A stretch of DNA of 64,000 nucleotides. Source: Bispira polyomma (lineage: Eukaryota). The translations under genes were made by a program, and so were the position numbers. Every line of letters begins with the position of its first letter. Within the stretch, counting starts at the first letter, position 1. The notes beneath the pieces were generated by a model. That model was not told the DNA's origin, searched no databases, and was given only the letters and a program-made list of their open reading frames with translations. The stretch lies in the NCBI GenBank assembly GCA_965649765.1, contig OZ287748.1, forward strand, positions 58,032,001 through 58,096,000, read 5' to 3'. Of the stretch, positions 29,101 to 38,368 are shown in pieces.

Positions 29101-32100
29101 ATATTATCTCGACAATTCAAATTTTTTTTTTAAATTATCTCAATTTATCGAGATATTATCTCGGCAATTAAAAAAAAAAAAAAGTTGGCCCTTATACTCT
29201 TCCGTAATTATGTGTCACATTTTTCTTTTTTTAAAGGTGAAAGGAACAGACATAAAATAGCTGGCTTGACAGTTATATGGATGTTGTATACATATATACA
29301 TATTTACAAGCCGAAAAGTATCTCCTAAGCAATTCAAAGTGCTAATTTACTATTCCTTGTCTTCACTAGTGCCACATGCAACACTAGTAAATGTTATTCC
29401 AAATATTGAAGAGAGATACTTGAGGATGGCCATTTATTGATGTTTCCAAGGTTCTCTAACCAGCCACTGGCGATGGGATAACATGACACAGAAAACCAAC
29501 ATTTCATCCCATAGTCATCCATTTCATCCCATAGTCATCCATTATGTATCTGCCTGTACCCGGAATGAAATACAGTAAAATATCTTTAGCAGTAAAATAT
29601 TATCCAAGATAGAGTTATTTTTTTTGTCTGCGTTGGTAGATTTGTTTGCTTATCATCAGAATTTTACAAAAACTACTGAGGCAGAACCAATTAACAGGCC
29701 ATAAAGTAAGGTATAAGCCAATTCAAATTCAATAAAATTTTGGAGCAGAGTATAGAAACAAGGCCAGATCCATAAAACACAAGTCAATAGCCTTTGGGGA
29801 GGTATGCACTCTACTGAGTGCCATTCTAGTCATCTGCTGTAAAAACTGCATTTAGTGTCATACCAGATTTATGTGGTTTGTTGAATATAAGTTTGATGTA
29901 CATCTTAACAAGTTTTGTCAAATAAATTTTTTCAATGTCATCCCTTCAAATCTGTTTTGTAGCAATACAGCTCAATATATTGACAATTGTGTACTGATTA
30001 ATTGTACATTATTTTGTGTTTTATTTTTACACAGTGGCCATATTTGTGGTGGTTCACTCATTTGTAGAGGAGTGGTAGTCACGGCAGCACACTGTGTGGA
30101 GAACGACTCCAATAACGCTCACAGATATACAATTTGGCTGGGTGGTGTTAATGCAGTATATCAAGAAGATACGACTTTTGAAGCTACCGTTAATAACATT
30201 ATAATGCACAAGGTAGGTACTGCAATGATAGGATATTCTTTTCTATTTCCTTGTAAAAAGACAGTGCCCAAAAGTATTCATCAAGGTACAATAAATATAC
30301 CTTTGGGTCTGTGTAACAGTCCTTCTGACACACTATTTAAAACCATGTTATGTGTGGTCTTCCATGGACTAGACGTTAAGGTGTTGGTATAGTGATATGG
30401 TGATCAGAAGGTCCCTATTCAACTCTTGTTACTTTTAAAAGAGTAACCTTGAGATAGCATATGCTTAAAATCATGTTATAGGTAATCTCTCACGGCCTGG
30501 TGGTAAGGGTTTAGGTATGGTGATCAGAAGGTCCCAATTCAACTCTAGGTACTTTTATAATAGTAACTATAGGATAACATTCCATTGACTCTTTATGATG
30601 ACGAATTGTATGTTGTAGAGTGGTATGCTATTTAGATAATAGATTGTTCATAGAACGAAAGAGCTATTTTAGTATAAAACAGATGGAAAAATCCAATAAA
30701 TTTAGAAGAGTGAAATTAAGTTCATAAAATATTAATTTTTGACTAATAAAAGCTTTCATAATATTGTGAATAATTGGGAGTATGTTACTTATGTATCAAT
30801 AACAAACACATATGATTACATATGAGTACCAATACTGTATCATTTCAGGACTACAACACCTACAGTCTGGAGAACGACATTGCTGTCATCTTTCTGGAGT
30901 CTAATGTTACCTACACAGACTATATTAGACCGGTTGCTCTACCAGAGGCTGCTACAGATTTTTTCAAAAGAGATGAGTTCATTGAGTGCTATACAAGTGG
31001 CTGGGGTGGTTTAGGTACTTATGTTCAATTGTTGTGGTTTTGTTTCAGTCCAAAAAACTCAAGTTCAACTGAGACTCAGGACGCAATCTAAGGTCACCCT
31101 ATATCTCCGGCTAGAGCAAAGTATATGACATATGCATATTTGAATTCAGTGCTGAAAAAGTTCTTTTGAAATGAAAGACATGCAGAAAGCCTTCATTTGA
31201 TTCTAATCTAAATTTGAGCTACAGTTCCTTTAGAGAATACAGGCCCTGATCATTAAATATTATAACATTGTGTTCATATAGAGATGTACAAAGTTTAGGA
31301 ATTCATTCAAAATAAACAATTGAAACTTTCAAATATACATATTTTTAATAGTGAATAAGAGGCTGTGTTATGCCCCAGTCCCACCGGATTGACGTTAGTC
31401 TATATTAATTACGCAGGGCTCTCGCAAATATTTGTTGCAAAAGTCCACGCACAAGTTGAAAACTCCACATGAAAGTCGATTTATTTACGTCAAAGGCATT
31501 AAGTTACGCAGAGATCCACGTATATGTACGTCAATACCTGTAAAGACACGCACGTGATGCAATGATTCACGTAAAATGTGTACGCAAAGACACGCAAATA
31601 CCTGTTAGACAATGCACATGGAGAAGTCAAAGGCCGTAATATTACGTTAAACCACGAAATTTGTTATGTTGTATATACGTTTTCTATGTAATCTGTTGTA
31701 AGGTTACGTTTTTTACGTTCATATAGGTAATGTTACGTTAAGTTGTATGTAATCTTACGCTGTATTATGTGTATAACGTTAACACTCGTTTGATTATGCT
31801 AAACCATGTTGGCCCACGCGAACTGTCGCAATGCTAGAGTTTCTTTACGTTTCAGTGTGTCATGTTTTTACATCTCTTGCGTGTCTAAATTTCAAACGGT
31901 TTGAAATCAAGAATTTCTTACGTGTCATCGCTCACGTCAGGTTATGTATGTCTATGTATATTACGTCAACTCCCGCAACTACCATGCAAACCCTACGCAA
32001 ATCAATTTTTGTAACGACTGCTTGCGTGAAGGCTGGTGGGACTGGGGCTTTAGTGTCATTTGTAACTTGAACATTCATGATGTCAAATTACTAACACTAG

Positions 32101-33319
32101 ATGTTAGTTAAAAGATGAAGAATTATTAGTTGACCGGTAGTGATAATCTTGATGGTAATATAATATGATTTACTTTAATTGTTGGAACACGAGTTAAGTG
32201 TGATTTTTAAATTAAGTTTTTTTTTTGAGAATACAGTCACTGACACATGGAAGTGCCTACACTTTAAGTTTTGAGATAAAACAATCTGACACAAGAAAGT
32301 GTAGGCTATATTCTAGGTAGTTTATTTCTCTGCTAACAGCAACATTGAAAGGTATTATTGCTTAAAACAACACACAAGCTTTTGATGAGTTTTGGATTAG
32401 TATTGTCAGAGTATTTGTGATCCACTGTTATGGACATTTACTTTTATTGATTTTATAAAGTGGATTACAGAATGACTGGGAGCAATTAGCTGATAGAATT
32501 TCTATGTTAGGTTCTACATTAATGACGTATATTATCTTGTTGTTTTTTTTACAGATGATAAAGCCACCATATCTCCAGATAATTTACAGGAGGCCAAATT
32601 GGGGCTCATTAATGACACAGAGTGTGCTGCTGACAGAGACATAGCTAATGAAGGTTTATATGAGGACGTTATGTTGTGTGCTGGTTACACACATGGGTAC
32701 ATCACAGTCTGCAATGTAAGTTTATTACAGTAATGAATTCCAATAAATCAGAATATTAATGACAGTGTCCCTTGATGTGTACATATAAATATTATATGTT
32801 CGTTTTCTTTACATTACAGTCTGATTCTGGGTATATTTTCCCTGTACCAGGGAGACACTGGGTAACCCTTGGTATGTAGAGATATACATTATACATTAGC
32901 TTACTTTACATTATAGTAAAATTATGTGTGTATGTTCCCTGTACCAGTGAGGGAGTAGGGGACCTTTGGTCTGTACAGAAAATTATTATACATTACTTGT
33001 CTTTACATTACAGTCTAATGATGTGAATATGTTCTCTGTACCAGGGAGACAATGGGAGACCTTTGGCCTCTACAGATATATATAATAACTTAGTTGTCTT
33101 TACAATGTTTGTCTAAATCTGTGTTTGTTTTCTCTGTACCAGGGAGACAGTGGGGGACCCTTGGTCTGTAGAGATAAGAGAAATGTGTGGACACTGGCAG
33201 GAATCACTAGTTGGGGTCCAGTGGATGCCTGGACTTCTTGTAAAGGAATCAGTGTCTATACAGAGGTGTCTGCCTTTGCCAACTGGATACAAGACACTAT
33301 TGGCGGATACTGTGGATAG
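13860..33319 (+). CDS. Type II transmembrane serine protease (cytoplasmic tail - TM - 6x LDLa - SRCR - S1A peptidase), 16 coding exons, about 739 aa
   Basis: Exons 13860-14166, 17906-17947, 18761-18910, 19329-19493, 21048-21149, 21872-21979, 22604-22717, 23335-23457, 24338-24476, 24902-25030, 26406-26452, 27096-27207, 30035-30212, 30849-31014, 32555-32715, 33143-33319. All introns are GT-AG, phases are compatible, total 2220 nt without internal stop; catalytic triad TAAHC / NDIA / GDSGGP intact. Confidence 0.88.
15010..16600 (-). mobile_element. Decayed L2 LINE fragment in intron 1
   Basis: [26 protein letters not shown] and [10 protein letters not shown]-like motifs on the minus strand. Confidence 0.7.
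15703..15983. repeat. Near-perfect 138-bp tandem duplication
   Basis: AAATTCAATTTTGTCGGGA...AAAATACTTTA starts at 15703 and at 15841; copies differ by one T. Confidence 0.9.
16631..16955. mobile_element. MITE (probably Harbinger/Tourist-like)
   Basis: TIR GGCCTTACAGACTGCCAACTACACGACAC vs reverse complement of GTGTCGTGTAGTCGGTGGTTTGTAAAGCC; TSD not clear. Confidence 0.65.
17748..17858. repeat. Nested inverted repeat (hairpin), possibly a Crypton-type non-autonomous remnant
   Basis: CCACTTGATGGGTGAAGA / TCTTCACCCTTCGAGTGG outer arms; ATATATGTCAC / GTGACATATAT inner arms. Confidence 0.6.
17906..17947 (+). CDS. TTSP exon 2 (42-nt stem micro-exon, [14 protein letters not shown])
   Basis: tctcttttacacAG acceptor, ACAG|GTAATG donor, phase 1-1; skippable without frameshift. 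Confidence 0.55.
18020..18290 (+). mobile_element. tRNA-derived SINE, family A (possibly Meta-domain type)
   Basis: Alignable with 33930-34190 (AGTGGCTCAGA..CCACTT.AAATG.CGGTC..GGCTAAAGAA..TTAGGGGA.TGA.AGTTACTGG). Confidence 0.6.
18761..18910 (+). CDS. TTSP exon 3: LDLa 1
   Basis: [36 protein letters not shown]; AG/GT, phase 1-1. Confidence 0.88.
19329..19493 (+). CDS. TTSP exon 4: Thr-rich linker and LDLa 2
   Basis: [35 protein letters not shown]. Confidence 0.88.
19895..20072 (+). mobile_element. tRNA-derived SINE, family B (V-SINE-like)
   Basis: B box GGTTCAAATCC; tail ATATGACCTAAGCTG..AAAG.GAC.TAA..CCCAACT shared with the inverted copy at 23598-23820. Confidence 0.6.
21048..21149 (+). 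CDS. TTSP exon 5: LDLa 3
   Basis: [34 protein letters not shown]. Confidence 0.88.
21872..21979 (+). CDS. TTSP exon 6: LDLa 4
   Basis: [35 protein letters not shown]. Confidence 0.88.
21992..22179. mobile_element. pogo/Tigger-like MITE (188 bp); partial second copy starts at 33598
   Basis: TIR CAGTAGAACCCCTATTATCTGAAC / GTTCGAATAATAGATGTTCCAGTG; TA on both sides. Confidence 0.75.
22604..22717 (+). CDS. TTSP exon 7: LDLa 5
   Basis: [35 protein letters not shown]. Confidence 0.88.
23335..23457 (+). CDS. TTSP exon 8: LDLa 6
   Basis: [36 protein letters not shown]. Confidence 0.88.
23598..23820 (-). mobile_element. tRNA-derived SINE, family B
   Basis: Minus strand starts GGGGTCCCAGTGGCCTAGTGGTTAG (A box) and contains GAGTTCGACTC (B box). 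Confidence 0.7.
24338..24476 (+). CDS. TTSP exon 9: SRCR N-terminal part
   Basis: [21 protein letters not shown]; phase 1-2. Confidence 0.8.
24902..25030 (+). CDS. TTSP exon 10: SRCR middle
   Basis: Phase 2-2, open frame [20 protein letters not shown]. Confidence 0.7.
26406..26452 (+). CDS. TTSP exon 11: SRCR end
   Basis: [15 protein letters not shown]; phase 2-1; homologous to paralog exon 63086-63135. Confidence 0.75.
27096..27207 (+). CDS. TTSP exon 12: activation site RHK/ILQG..WPWQISL
   Basis: Phase 1-2; WPWQ motif. Confidence 0.88.
27175..27682 (+). repeat. About 85-bp tandem array derived from the exon-12 3' end and donor site
   Basis: CTGGCCT.GGCAGATCTCAC..A.ATATAACAGGT units at 27175, 27296, 27382, 27467, 27553, 27634. 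Confidence 0.85.
27683..29206. mobile_element. Non-autonomous DNA transposon with TACGG..CCGTA ends and 6-bp TSD (IS3EU-like)
   Basis: Perfect 21-bp TIR TACGGAAGAGTATAAGGGCCA; TSD ATTATG at 27677-27682 and 29207-29212; palindromic subterminal repeats ATCTCGATTTATCGAGAT (66-bp unit on the right arm). Confidence 0.85.
27930..28190 (+). repeat. Minisatellite (33-45 bp units) inside the MITE
   Basis: AAACAGTCATAG.GGTCAAAAGTAGTTAATCAG repeated about 7 times. Confidence 0.8.
29597..29830 (+). mobile_element. Short Helentron/HINE-type remnant
   Basis: 3' end GGAGGTAT-GCACTC-TACT-GAGTGC-CATTCTAGT (hairpin plus CTAGT). Confidence 0.5.
30035..30212 (+). CDS. TTSP exon 13: catalytic His
   Basis: [19 protein letters not shown]; phase 2-0. 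Confidence 0.92.
30849..31014 (+). CDS. TTSP exon 14: catalytic Asp
   Basis: [25 protein letters not shown]; phase 0-1. Confidence 0.92.
31371..32049. mobile_element. Harbinger (Tourist-like) MITE, 679 bp
   Basis: TIR GCCCCAGTCCCACC / GGTGGGACTGGGGC; TTA TSD at 31368-31370 and 32050-32052; ACG/CGT-rich interior. Confidence 0.88.
32555..32715 (+). CDS. TTSP exon 15
   Basis: [32 protein letters not shown]; phase 1-0. Confidence 0.9.
32750..33175 (+). repeat. About 97-bp tandem array filling the last intron, made of exon-boundary copies
   Basis: CTGTACCAG acceptor-like units ending at 32850, 32947, 33044 and 33142 (the functional one). Confidence 0.85.
33143..33319 (+). CDS. TTSP exon 16: catalytic Ser and stop
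   Basis: [28 protein letters not shown]. Confidence 0.93.
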   Translation, partial: GDSGGPLVCRDKRNVWTLAGITSWGPVDAWTSCKGISVYTEVSAFANWIQDTIGGYCG

Positions 33320-33929
33320 CATTGTCAGCACATGTTCATATGTATATAAAACAAGGACAACAAGTGTTATATCTAAGCTACCAAGTAGCAATATTGTTTT
33401 TTTTTTATAAATACTAGAAATTATATCACTATATTTTTGCTGCATTTTTATTGTAAATATATTATATTATACTTTCTGTGATATTATCTACCCTATTTAT
33501 TGAATTTTAATTTTGTTTTGATGTTTGTGGAGATCTTTTAAAGTGGTGATATTGTGACAAGTTGCTACCATGATAACCGGCTGAGTTGATCAAACTACAG
33601 TAGAAACTCTATTATCCGAACATTTGGGGAGAGCAAGAAATTTTCCTTAAGTGAAACATTAAATTGGTATCAACCTTTACATATAATAGACAATTTCAAA
33701 ATTAATCAAGTGAAGTCTGCACAAGTTACAGATAAATAAACGTTTATTCCATCAGAATGTTACCAGATTTACATTCACTTCTAACATTATAGGAGAGATA
33801 CACAGAATTCCAAATGTTCTATGGGGATGCCTATTTACATGGCTAATACCCTTTTCAGCAGTCCATCAGATTACTGCAACATGTAAAACTTTATATAGTG
33901 TTATTAAGGTTATTTCTATTCCCTTGCCT

Positions 33930-34300
33930 GACCGCTCTTGTGGTCTTGTGGATAACATACTCATTTAGGAACACAGATGATCTGGGTTTATTCACCAGCC
34001 TGGGGCAAACTTGTTCAGGCCGATATATAGTGGCTCAGACCACTTGAAATGGCGGTCATTAGGAACTATCCCCAGTGGTAGGCTAAAGAACCTTGGAGAC
34101 ATTGGATAAATTGTCATTCCTAAACCCCTTGATTCAGTTAGGGGAGTGATAGTTACTGGTGCCAGTTAGCTGTACTTGGCAGTGACAAAACGGTTAAATA
34201 GGGCTTTGATGGCTACCAGATGGAGGTAGATGTTAAGTTAAATACATTTTGTGGTGAAAAGGTTTAGTCATCAATGACCAGGAACCAAATCTACCTATAT
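33930..34300 (+). mobile_element. tRNA-derived SINE, family A
   Basis: A-box-like TGGTCTTGTGG; body shared with 18020-18290 and 58100-58232 (minus). Confidence 0.6.
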
Positions 34301-35269
34301 CATTATTGATCCATTTTTTTTTTACTAAATATATATCTATGAATACATATAGATGTCCCCATATGTTATGTGAGAGTGTAATCCATGCTTTAGGTTTATA
34401 GTATCAGGAGCTGTGAGTCACTATTGTAACTGACTTTGTTTTTCATGGCAAAGTTTGTTGAAGTATGTTGTTTATTTTCTGTTTTGTATAGCAATATGTT
34501 AATATACACAGAGAAGAGCCTTATCAAGAAACATGTAAACGAGGGTTATTAAATATTATTGACAAGATTATCTTGTATATAGACATATATGTGTTATAGC
34601 AGTGTTTATTCAAGGTATCTTATTTAAGTTTTGTTCAAAAGTATTTGCCATTACAATTTAATTGTACACATTACTTGCGATAAATAAAACCTGTGATATA
34701 TCAATAGTCACTGTTATGTAATATTAATGGCATTAATTCATTGATGCTATTTCCTTTATATGTTCAATCAGTCTGTTCTCTTAATGAACACATCTCCAAC
34801 ATATATCACTCTTCTTATTTCCATATTGTGATAACTAAATGGAAACGAACAGCTATCATTTGAAACTGCAGTTATTATTTCTAATGCCCTTGTTAGCAGC
34901 CAACTAGACTATGAAATCTCCCTACTGTGGTGACGTCATTAGAAACAAATGGAAAATCTAGAATGTAGTCTGAAAATAATGTGTAGAGTCATCTATTGTG
35001 TCTTTGCCTAGTCACATCTCAAAAGGCTTCATTGGCTACCTGTTGAGTATCATACTTTGTTTAAGGCTAAAGTAACCATATGTTAGGTGTTAATTTTTGT
35101 CAGCCTCCCTTGCCATAGGCCGGTTGACAGCATTGGTCTCCACCATTAAATCTGAAATGACACAAGCTACATATACACAGCTGTGGAAAATGACATAAAA
35201 CAACCCGACTCAATTCAATCTTTAGTAGGCTTACCAGGTAAAATAGACTACATCTAATAATCAGCTTAT

Positions 35270-35520
35270 AAAAAAGTTGCATCTCATGCTTTTTCTGTGA
35301 TTGGACCCATGATCTGGAATAGTCTACCTACAGATATTAGATCACAATGATCTTTGTCAGGTTTTAGATGCAAATTAAATACCCGTATTTTTACCTTAAC
35401 CAACTCTTTACAGTATTTCCTCCTGCACCCTACCTTCTTTGATCCCGATTGCGCTGTGTATTAGAATCGTGTTTTAAAACCAAAATGTCAATGGGGTTGT
35501 CAGAATATGCCTGGCATCGA
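35270..35520 (+). mobile_element. L2 LINE 3' fragment
   Basis: FSVIGPMIWNSLPTDIRS..SLSGFRCKLNT. Confidence 0.6.
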
Positions 35521-36105
35521 CTGGGCATGTAGGAATCCATATTACATAAATGCTGATCGAACATTTAAGACTATAGATTGATTCCAATAGCATCTATTTT
35601 TTCGAAATTCAAGACAATTGTTAAATTTTGTGTAATATTGTTTTTAATATTCTCTTATCGTATCATTTGGCCAATGTCAGCACGATTTTTGGACATATTC
35701 TTTGCAATTTCATTCTACATTTGTTACCATTTCTTACAAGGTACTAGATACACACCTGTCAGGTTTTCGTATGGATTTTTATGCTTGATGTTTATACCTA
35801 TGTGTCATTCATATGAATGGCCGCTCAGATGTATTCCAGATTTATCCGTGATGGTTAGTCGCATTACTGGGTGATAAGTATCACTATGTCTTAGAAGCAG
35901 TTTGATAAGTGACGATTAGTAGCTCTGTCACGATAGTTTTAAACTGTTTAAAAATAGCACCACGGATCTGCCATCCATAGTGGCCTGAACGTTGTTTCCC
36001 AATTATTTCTGGATTCGTTGGTAAACGTTTCTTATCAAGGATACTCTGTAAAAGCTCTTTGTGGTTGGTTTTTTATTGATATGTTGTTCTGCTTTGTCTG
36101 TGTAA

Positions 36106-36638
36106 TGGCCTGGTCACACCTACACGTGTCAACGTCCCACGTGGTAATAAAAACTGAGCAGTTTATTGTGACGATTTTTGATATTTTGTGATGGTGTACA
36201 CACAGAACGAGAGCAAAAAAAGAACACTTTACTTATAGGATATCACTACCTACTACTACGTAGAGCTACTACACTTCTGCTTACTGGTGCGTTCTGCTAC
36301 TTAGTAAAACGTTTCACGACGGATACAGACGAGTGGAGACAATATAACTACTTTTTACTAAGTTATGCTACATTATGCTACTTATACAAACAAGTAGAGA
36401 CGTCCTCATAAAGCAGAGAGCCCTGCCACGATTATTATATCAACAGTTTGAAACAATCATGACAGCAGGCCAAACGGAGATGTTTCTGGAACGATATCAT
36501 CCATTGAGCAACATCCTGGAGCAAATGCACCAGGGATCCTCACTTTGGCATTACTATTCACAACGTTTATACTAGCTTCAAAACAGTTGAAACCATAACA
36601 CACGCGTAGCTCCAGCACGTGAAGGTATGACCAGGCTT
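36106..36638. mobile_element. Harbinger MITE
   Basis: TIR GCCTGGTCACACCTACACGTG / CACGTGAAGGTATGACCAGGC; flanks TAA and TTA (TWA, one mismatch). Confidence 0.7.
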
Positions 36639-37269
36639 TTAGTGACACATTGGTTGCAGCCTTATGGGTGTACATGCCATGTGACACAAATTTCACTAAA
36701 CCATGTAGATCTTGATATCTCATGCAAACTTTTTTTCCGAAATGACATTTTACCCAAAAAAGCATGAATTATTTTAAATTGGTGTATTTCTAGTTATTAC
36801 CGTGTCAAAACAATAACATTTATCTATAGGAGTTGATATTAAAGAGTTTATTATGTGTAACCTATCAACACATACAGCCCTGTTTTGAAACAAAGAGCTC
36901 CTTTCTAATATAATATATTGTATAACCGAAACATATTGCCACTGATGAACTACGTACCTCATAACAAAGCAAAACTTAGTGAAACAGATGCATTGTACAT
37001 ACTCCTAGAACGAACATATTGAGACAGACTGCCAGATACAATTATATTTCTGCCACAAATTGTCACATAGTGTCACCTACTGTCACAAACGGTCACAAAC
37101 TGTGACATAGTGTGATGTAGTGTCATTGATATGCAACAGATTTCTTACAAACTGTCAGTAGAACACTGACTGTAAACAAATGCTAAAGATTCAAACAAAT
37201 CGCTCCTATTAAACAAAAATCTCTCACATTAGTAAAATCGAACTGCTGCTAATTGAGCAGAACAGCCAT

Positions 37270-38368
37270 ACCAATTTGGATTTTGATGTAATTACCTAAA
37301 TAAAATAAAACTATAGCCAACAATGGACCAACAGTGGACCAGTGTTTACATGATAATTTATCATTACTATTTTATAAAAAGTAGGGATTGTAAACCAATA
37401 ATATTGACCATACTTTTTTTAAAGTGTTACTCACCAGCATATTTAATGTTTAGGTATATGATGAATGTCATTATATTTGACCTATGTATATAAAACGACA
37501 GTAACTAGTCATCAGTGGACCAACAGAGGGCCAACTTGAGAGAATTTACAAAACTGTTTCATTATTTATCTATTAAGGGTGTAGATTATAGTAAATCATC
37601 ATCTTCATTATTGTATTTAAAAGTAAGGCTTTAACCATAACACATTCAATCTGCAAGAAAAACCATAAATATCATTACATTTGACTTAAATAAAATCTAG
37701 GTGGTCCAATGTTGGAGCACTTACATGGTAATTTATCATTAGTATTTTATAAAAAGTAGGGATTGCAAACAAGTAATATTGACTCTTCATATTGAAAGTA
37801 AAGTATTACTCACAAAGCCATTCAATATTCAGGTATTAGGCATCAGTGGGCCAACAGAGGGCCAACCTTAGAGAATTTACAAAACTATTTCATTATTTAT
37901 CTATAAAAGGTTTAGATTATAGAAGTTAAGTATTGTATCTAAAAGTAAGGCTTTAATCGTAACACATTCAATCTGCAGAAATGTCATAAATATCATGACA
38001 TTTGACTCAAATAATATCAGGGCACTAGCCAACAATGGACCAATGGAGGTCCCACTTTGGAGAACGTACAGCACAGTTTATCATAATTAATTTACAAATA
38101 ACAGGCATGCATTGTTTAAATTATATATTTTATATAATTCTAAACTTATTACATCTATAGACTGTTGATAACTATCATAGCATTTAATTATAACCTAAAT
38201 AAAAACTAAGAACTACCAAAGAGTAGACCAACAGTGGCCCAACATAAGTTTAAGTTACATCATATACAGATGTAACCTGGTGAACCAACATTGGCCCAAC
38301 GTTAAAAAATACATTGCGGCGAACTGCTCATTGCAAACATCAGCCTAACATAGTGATGCTAACTGGGT
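37270..38368. repeat. Diverged higher-order tandem repeat (about 150-200 bp subunits with GGACCAACAG motifs) ending in a CTGGG terminus (EnSpm/CACTA-like end, other end not seen)
   Basis: 37340-37690 recurs at 37720-38010; terminal ..GATGCTAACTGGG at about 38356-38368. Confidence 0.55.

Noticed and set aside
28760-29170. CRISPR-like palindromic repeat array (also 52630-53040)
   Set aside because: No unique spacers, eukaryotic context and no cas genes; these are tandem repeats
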